Below, in pieces: positions 58,786-64,000 of a stretch of DNA of 64,000 nt; within the stretch, counting starts at the first letter, position 1, and each line of letters opens with the position of its first letter. The notes beneath the pieces were generated by a model that had not been told where the DNA came from, did not search any database, and saw only the letters and a program-made list of their open reading frames with translations. A program made the position numbers and the translations under genes. Origin of the DNA: an uncultured Alphaproteobacteria bacterium (GTDB lineage: Bacteria > Pseudomonadota > Alphaproteobacteria > Rs-D84); contig CAKQEW010000003.1 of the NCBI GenBank assembly GCA_934230415.1, forward strand, positions 73,837 to 137,836, given 5' to 3'.

Positions 58786-59343
58786 TCAAAAATTATATGT
58801 AATTCCCAGGCCGTAAAATGCGTATGAGTAATTTTCACGTGCGGTATTTGCGTTGGAAAAATGTTGCATAAATAATTCCAGATTTGTGCGGTCGTTTAAT
58901 TTGTAACCGCCAATCATTTTGAATTGAAATAACAATTTTGCGCCCAGGCGTTCATTCTGTTGCGCCTGTAACCCAACGCCAACACCGTTGGCATAGTACC
59001 ATTTGCGGCCGTGCAACAGGACGACATCTTCGCTGATGAATACCATTGGGATACTGTATTTATCCCAATGCCAACCATATTTTGAACCAAAACCGATTGT
59101 TTGACCAATGTTCAGTGATTGGCGCGCCGGAATTTTGAAAAACGTTGTCGGCTGGGAATACTGGAAATGCAGCATATAGAACGGAACGGGGCGCAGTGGT
59201 GGCGGTACCAAGAAACCACTGTCAATACCCTGGCCCAGGTGGAACGCGATTTGGTTTTCGTATTTCCCCATCAGCGGGTTTTCCGCCGCCATCGCGGTCG
59301 TTGCGGTTGCCAGTGCCAACAAAGATAATGCTATTTTTTTCAT
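58786..59343 (-). CDS. pagL: outer-membrane lipid A 3-O-deacylase PagL-like beta-barrel
   Basis: Signal peptide MKKIALSLLALATATTAMA. Beta-barrel periodicity. HFSN (His-x-Ser-Asn) catalytic motif near the C-terminus. Ends with an aromatic residue (YNF). Confidence 0.55.
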   Translation of the reverse strand: MKKIALSLLALATATTAMAAENPLMGKYENQIAFHLGQGIDSGFLVPPPLRPVPFYMLHFQYSQPTTFFKIPARQSLNIGQTIGFGSKYGWHWDKYSIPMVFISEDVVLLHGRKWYYANGVGVGLQAQQNERLGAKLLFQFKMIGGYKLNDRTNLELFMQHFSNANTARENYSYAFYGLGITYNF

Positions 59344-59444
59344 AACGCATAATCATACACTATTTTTGACCATTATTCAAATAAATTTATTAAAATTTAT
59401 AATGATTTTTGCAATCGGAATAAAAACCGGGCGTCGGGGGTGAC

Positions 59445-59473
59445 TTGATTTTTTTGCCGATTTGTGATATAAT
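59445..59473 (+). promoter_or_regulatory. strong sigma70 promoter with extended -10
   Basis: TTGATT, 17 nt spacer, TGaTATAAT. Confidence 0.45.
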
Positions 59474-59479
59474 TCACGC

Positions 59480-59546
59480 ACATGGTCGCCAGATGTTTTG
59501 GTGGCTGTTTTTTTGCCTGTTGCGTTTTGCAACGGGCATTTTTTAT
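59480..59546 (+). ncRNA. candidate about 66-nt terminated transcript (small RNA or attenuating 5' leader)
   Basis: The promoter above is followed about 45 nt later by a 9-bp-stem hairpin and T-run, all upstream of the next gene's RBS. No ORF. Confidence 0.3.
59515..59546 (+). terminator. intrinsic terminator inside the 5' leader
   Basis: GCCTGTTGC-gtttt-GCAACGGGC followed by ATTTTTT. Confidence 0.6.
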
Positions 59547-59564
59547 AACCAAAAGGATTAATAA

Positions 59565-60026
59565 ATGTCACGAGAAGTTCAACTGCGTCGCGGTACGGCG
59601 AACGAACATACCACATTTACCGGCGCCGAAGGCGAGGTAACATTTGACACCACGCAAAAAACACTGCATGTCCACGATGGTGTTACGCCGGGCGGAACAG
59701 TATTGGCCAAAAAATCAGAAATCCCAGAAATGGCAAATATTGTTAAATCAGGAATGCCCAGCACGCGTGTGGAAAGTTTAACATTGGTGGCGGGGGTTGA
59801 AACAAACTTTATTGCGCCCGCCGATGGGTATTTTTGCCTGCGTGCCAGTGGCGCAAATGCAATCATAGAATTGCGTAATGAATCGCGCAGTTCGTTCGGG
59901 GTGCGCATGTCTGGGTCATATGCAATGGGATATATCCCGGTTCAACGTGGGGATAAAGTAATGATGTCATCCACCACAACACCGCAATTTTGCAGATTCT
60001 TTTACGCAACCGGTACAACGAATTAA
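59565..60026 (+). CDS. stand-alone protein with phage tail-fibre N-terminal motif
   Basis: VQLRRGTANEHTTFTGAEGEVTFDTTQKTLHVHDGVTPGG matches the conserved tail-fibre/hyaluronidase N-terminal motif LRRGT......G..GE...DT....KIGDG.T. Only 153 aa. Confidence 0.5.
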   Translation: MSREVQLRRGTANEHTTFTGAEGEVTFDTTQKTLHVHDGVTPGGTVLAKKSEIPEMANIVKSGMPSTRVESLTLVAGVETNFIAPADGYFCLRASGANAIIELRNESRSSFGVRMSGSYAMGYIPVQRGDKVMMSSTTTPQFCRFFYATGTTN

Positions 60027-60066
60027 TAAATTTAGGAAAACATACCCAAACCCAGGGCAAAAAAAA

Positions 60067-60143
60067 TGGTAGCGGGAGAGGGACTCGGACCCCCGACACG
60101 TGGATTATGATTCCACTGCTCTAACCAGCTGAGCTATCCCGCC
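60067..60143 (-). tRNA. tRNA with CAT anticodon (elongator Met or lysidine-modified Ile2)
   Basis: Reverse complement is GGCGGGATAGCTCAGCTGGTTAGAGCAGTGGAATCATAATCCACGTGTCGGGGGTCCGAGTCCCTCTCCCGCTACCA. G1-U72 wobble. Regular D- and anticodon arms. Atypical T-loop (TCCGAGT). Confidence 0.8.
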
Positions 60144-60273
60144 ACTGCCCATGCAGTATAATCATAAAAAAATGAAAGTCCACAAAAAAATATCCCCCGT
60201 ACTTGCTTTCTGGCAATTTAGTTAGTATACTTACGGCGTTCAAACAACTTAATCAAACAGACAGGTCATAATT

Positions 60274-61833
60274 ATGAATGCTGGTTTTTACAGATTACTG
60301 TCTCATGTAACATGTGGGGCGATGTCCCATAAGTATCGTGAAAAATACCATCGGTTGAAATATTGTGGAAAACCAAAGGCACTGGATCCGAATGTTTTGC
60401 GTATTGCTATTTTAGAAGGCGGTGGTATGGGCGATGCCACATTTCAGGTTACGTATATAAAAGAAATTCGTAAACTGTTTGATAAACCTGTGATAATTGA
60501 TTTTTATTGTAATGCGTATCGTGCATTTCAGGGATTTCCATTTATTGATAATTGTTTGCCATGCAAAGAGACTCTTGATATTGATAATTATGATGTTTAT
60601 ATTGTTGCGCGACGTGTTGATAATGTAATCAAAATTGATGAAGAGAAAGTAAAAAAGTTTTCTTTGAAATTTTATGATTTTTGTATGGACTGTAAAAATG
60701 TTCAAACATTGTATGATGAATACCAGAATGATAAAATTTTTAACGACTATGCATTATTATTTGGCAAGAATAGATTTGAGCAAACGAATATACACAACGT
60801 ATTACCAATTGACAGAAATACGAAAACATATTTTCAATTAAATGAAAAAGATATGGATGTATTACAGGCGTATGACCTGGTACCGGGGCAATATATAACA
60901 ATGTGCCGAATGGTTGATGCCAGACATAATAATATGCATCCAAAAATGTGGCCGGTTAAACATTACAACGAATTGGTTCGTTTGTTACATCGTGCGTATC
61001 CAGATATAAAACTGGTTCAAATTGGTTCCAAGGATACATTTGAATTAATAGATGGCGTTGATGTTAATTTGGTCGGCATGACATCACTGGGCCAATCGGC
61101 CGTAATATTAAAAAATTCGTTATTGCACATTGATGGCGAAGGCGGTCTGCCCCATCTGCAACACATGCTGAACAACAGGTCGTTGGTTATGTTTGGACCA
61201 ACAAGTCCGGATGTTTTTGGATATCCAGAAAATATAAATTTACGCAGTACGGATTGTCCATATCCGTGTGAATGGATTGTTAAAAACTGGGCATCGGGGT
61301 GCGTACGCGGGTTCGCGGTTCCACCATGTATGCACGGTTTGAAACCGAAATCTGTTTTTGATGCGGTAAAAAAACACATAGATTCACGTGTGGTGCATGA
61401 ATATAAGTTTTTACATGCGACACCAAAATTTTCCAATAAATCAAAGGTTGCAATTTTGGGTCGTATGAAAAACACAGATGTCGCCGCAATTGTGAAATCT
61501 GGGGCAAATGTGATTGTGTATGATAATAACTTGGCAATTAGTAATTCGGAAAATCCGAAAAACTGTGATTATTTGCACTATGCACAAAAACATGGATTTA
61601 ATGCCGAATATTGTAATCAATATAACATTCCGTCGGCGAATGATACGTACGATGTGTTGATTTATAATATGGATATTAATACACAGTACGCAGACTTTGC
61701 TATTAACGAAGCGTTGCGTGTAATCAAGCCTGGTGGCAAGTTGTTTATTCCTGTGCGTCCTGGAAAACAAATCGTATATAACGGTACTGTGTTGTGCGGA
61801 ACCGATAAACCTGTATGTGTATGCAAATGCTGA
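60274..61833 (+). CDS. GT9-family (heptosyltransferase-like) glycosyltransferase fused to a C-terminal methyltransferase-like domain
   Basis: N-terminal RIAILEGGGMGDATFQV (GT9 LGD motif). GMTSLGQSAVILKNSLLHIDGEGGLPHLQHMLNNRSLVMFGPTSP (GT9 C-terminal signature). Extra 140 aa ending LRVIKPGGKLFIPV (MTase post-II-like). Low GC. Confidence 0.55.
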   Translation: MNAGFYRLLSHVTCGAMSHKYREKYHRLKYCGKPKALDPNVLRIAILEGGGMGDATFQVTYIKEIRKLFDKPVIIDFYCNAYRAFQGFPFIDNCLPCKETLDIDNYDVYIVARRVDNVIKIDEEKVKKFSLKFYDFCMDCKNVQTLYDEYQNDKIFNDYALLFGKNRFEQTNIHNVLPIDRNTKTYFQLNEKDMDVLQAYDLVPGQYITMCRMVDARHNNMHPKMWPVKHYNELVRLLHRAYPDIKLVQIGSKDTFELIDGVDVNLVGMTSLGQSAVILKNSLLHIDGEGGLPHLQHMLNNRSLVMFGPTSPDVFGYPENINLRSTDCPYPCEWIVKNWASGCVRGFAVPPCMHGLKPKSVFDAVKKHIDSRVVHEYKFLHATPKFSNKSKVAILGRMKNTDVAAIVKSGANVIVYDNNLAISNSENPKNCDYLHYAQKHGFNAEYCNQYNIPSANDTYDVLIYNMDINTQYADFAINEALRVIKPGGKLFIPVRPGKQIVYNGTVLCGTDKPVCVCKC

Positions 61834-61834
61834 T

Positions 61835-63043
61835 ATGGTGGTTGGGATGATAACGGCTGATTGTTCATCAAAATTATGTTCCCAGATATGCGAATATCGC
61901 CGGCGTTATGGTCATAATTCGCGGCGCATCAGTTGGCATACGTTGTTATTCTTGTTGCGGAATTGGTCCGGGGATAAACATAAATATAAACGGTGCGGCG
62001 ATACGGTAAATATCGGATTTATGTTGTGTGGTGGTATTGGCGATGTTGTTATGTCGGGTGCATACCTGGACAAATTTTTACAGCGCGTGCGCCAATATAA
62101 TCACACCGTATATGTATTTACCCAGCAACCAGATGCGGTGATAAAAACACTGTTTGCAAAATATCCTGTTATTGTTCGTGGGGCGGATGACGATGTTATC
62201 CGGCGTACGCCATTGGATTTATTAATAAAAATTAATGTTCAATTTCCAGAGGTTTTATTCAGTCGCGATAAATATCTGGCGAATGTGGCGCCATGGCTGG
62301 TTCAGTATTCAGATGCCGTGCGGCGATTCTGTGATTTATATCCAGATTCCATAGAACGCGAAAATGTGTTTTCGCGCTATGGTGTTTTATTTGTACACAA
62401 TCGTACGCGTGTTGATGGAATTGATATATTAAATATTGTTGGATTGACGCATACGGATGTAATGCAAATTGATGTGCACCCGGAATGGATGGCGGTGGCG
62501 AAAAAGTTCGGTTTGGCACGCGGAAAATTTATCACGTTTTCAAATGAGACGGGAAATATGTCGTCTGATACATCTGTGCGTTTATGGCCGGCGGATTATT
62601 ACGAAAAACTGTTCCAGAAAATTCATTCGGAATTCCCAGATTACAAAATTGTTCAACTGGGGACACGCGGCCCAGACGATATACCGGGCGTGGATGTAAA
62701 TCTGGTTGGAAAAACATCATTTGGCGAAATGTTGGCATTGCTGAAAATGTCACGTTTGTTTATTGGGCCTGAATCAGGCATGGTTCATTTGCGCCATGCG
62801 ATATCTGGTGGTGTGTCTGTGGTTTTGTTTGGACCAACGCCGGTTGATTTATATGGGTACCCCGAAAATATAAATATTCGCAGCAATGCATGTGCGTGTC
62901 GGTATTGCGACGGAATGGTTGGGCGACATTGGGAAACATTCTGTCCCAAGACAGAGTCCCCCGTTGCGGTATGCATGCGCGCAATCACGGTTAAAAATGT
63001 TTTTGCTGCGGTAAAAAACGTATTGCGAAAAAGAGATAAATAA
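61835..63043 (+). CDS. GT9-family (heptosyltransferase-like) glycosyltransferase, paralogue
   Basis: MLCGGIGDVVMSGAYL and GKTSFGEMLALLKMSRLFIGPESGMVHLRHAISGGVSVVLFGPTP. Same family as the upstream gene. Start chosen at the ATG 2 nt after the upstream stop. Confidence 0.55.
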   Translation: MVVGMITADCSSKLCSQICEYRRRYGHNSRRISWHTLLFLLRNWSGDKHKYKRCGDTVNIGFMLCGGIGDVVMSGAYLDKFLQRVRQYNHTVYVFTQQPDAVIKTLFAKYPVIVRGADDDVIRRTPLDLLIKINVQFPEVLFSRDKYLANVAPWLVQYSDAVRRFCDLYPDSIERENVFSRYGVLFVHNRTRVDGIDILNIVGLTHTDVMQIDVHPEWMAVAKKFGLARGKFITFSNETGNMSSDTSVRLWPADYYEKLFQKIHSEFPDYKIVQLGTRGPDDIPGVDVNLVGKTSFGEMLALLKMSRLFIGPESGMVHLRHAISGGVSVVLFGPTPVDLYGYPENINIRSNACACRYCDGMVGRHWETFCPKTESPVAVCMRAITVKNVFAAVKNVLRKRDK

Positions 63044-63057
63044 AGAGGTTACATCAG

Positions 63058-64000
63058 ATGGCACTGATATCATCCTATATTAAAAAATTCAAAGATGTAC
63101 GCGCGCTGTGCGTGGGTGACATTATGCTGGACGAATTTGTGTATGGTTCGGTTAAACGCATTTCGCCAGAGGCACCCGTCCCGGTATTTGCACCATCCCA
63201 GACGAAAAAGATGCTGGGCGGTGCGGGTAATGTTGCGGCAAACCTGTGTGCACTGGGGTGCCAGACGTCGTTTGTTGGCGCGATTGGTGATGATGACCAG
63301 GGTAAATTGGTGCGTGAAAAATTAACCGCCATGGGCGCGAATGCAAAACTGGTTGTGATTCCAAATTGGACGACGATTTTAAAGACGCGTTTGATATCGG
63401 GGTCTAATCATATGATGCGGGTTGACCACGAAGAGAAATTGGTTGTGTCGTCCGAAATACATGAACAATTTATTCGTGATTTTGATGTACTGGTGCAGGA
63501 CAGTGATGTCGTATTGCTGTCTGATTATAACAAGGGTGTGTTAAATGATATTTCAACGCCGGAATTAATCCAGATTTGCAATCGGTATAATAAACCAGTC
63601 CTGATTGACCCAAAGGGAACAAATTATGAAAAATACCGTGGCGCAACGCTGGTAAAGCCAAACCTGAAAGAATTTACAGAAGCGACCGGTATGACATTTA
63701 ACCCAACTGATGCAGATTTTCATGGTCAGATTACAAAGGGCGCGAAAAAGTTATTCGGTGAATATGGGATTAAAAACCTGATTGTCACACTCAGTGAACA
63801 TGGTATGTTATATGTGTCGGCGGATTCGCCGTCTGATATTCTGCAAATACCGACGGTGGCCAAGGAAGTATACGATGTATCTGGGGCGGGGGATACGTCG
63901 CTGGCAACATTGGGGGCATCAATTGGCGCAAACGCACCGATAGATGACGCGATGAAATTGGCAAACCGTGCGTCTGGTATCGTGGTGGGCAAGGTTGGAA
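63058..64000 (+). CDS. hldE: D-beta-D-heptose 7-phosphate kinase domain of HldE/RfaE (3' end beyond window)
   Basis: Hand-translated MALISSYIKKFKDVRALCVGDIMLDEFVYGSVKRISPEAPVPVFAP...GGAGNVAANL, a ribokinase-like RfaE domain I. Open to the window end, hence absent from the ORF track. Confidence 0.8.
   Translation, partial: MALISSYIKKFKDVRALCVGDIMLDEFVYGSVKRISPEAPVPVFAPSQTKKMLGGAGNVAANLCALGCQTSFVGAIGDDDQGKLVREKLTAMGANAKLVVIPNWTTILKTRLISGSNHMMRVDHEEKLVVSSEIHEQFIRDFDVLVQDSDVVLLSDYNKGVLNDISTPELIQICNRYNKPVLIDPKGTNYEKYRGATLVKPNLKEFTEATGMTFNPTDADFHGQITKGAKKLFGEYGIKNLIVTLSEHGMLYVSADSPSDILQIPTVAKEVYDVSGAGDTSLATLGASIGANAPIDDAMKLANRASGIVVGKVG

Overview
This 64-kb window is a chromosomal segment from a Gram-negative proteobacterium. 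The lineage cannot be fixed from sequence alone: a eukaryote-like type-2 IleRS and an isolated virB3-virB4 pair hint at a Rickettsiales/Holosporales-like alphaproteobacterium. About 80 percent is core housekeeping. The recognisable genes are rnpA-yidD, mreB, metG, queH, fabD-fabG, mnmG, ileS, nth, pheST with rplT-rpmI, mreCD-mrdA-mrdB, topA, dnaG, ychF, lpxK-lpxC, gyrB, ung, a PagL-like gene, GT9 glycosyltransferases and hldE. Four tRNAs are present: Val-GAC, Thr-CGT, initiator fMet-CAT and a second CAT tRNA.

The main accessory features are these. (1) An approximately 11-kb integrative island (34699..45726) sits in the 3' end of the initiator tRNA-fMet. It is bounded by a 37-bp perfect direct repeat and carries GGTAGCAAA arm-type repeats at both ends. 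It encodes a P4-type tyrosine integrase, an AlpA-like excisionase, a BRO-N protein, a complete Type III R-M (mod/res) and a translationally coupled gene pair: a CD-NTase/SMODS-like nucleotidyltransferase plus a small 2-TM protein. I interpret that pair as a minimal CBASS-like cyclic-nucleotide defence module, and it is the best candidate for the novel system in this window. (2) A virB3-virB4 pair has a TTGTTGAAA-repeat promoter and no other vir genes nearby. (3) A stand-alone type IVb-pilus-like core module (BfpC/U/D/E or R64 PilO/P/Q/R architecture) has no pilin, secretin or prepilin peptidase in the window. (4) An unannotated two-gene operon (101 aa HTH-like plus 189 aa unknown) lies between that module and gyrB. 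(5) A candidate short terminated transcript or leader lies upstream of a stand-alone phage-tail-fibre-like gene next to a CAT-anticodon tRNA. (6) AT-rich islets with secreted, coiled-coil or NlpC/P60-like proteins flank tRNA-Thr. (7) A dispersed CCGGCAAATGCCGG terminator hairpin family occurs at four loci. No CRISPR array, rRNA or IS element was found.
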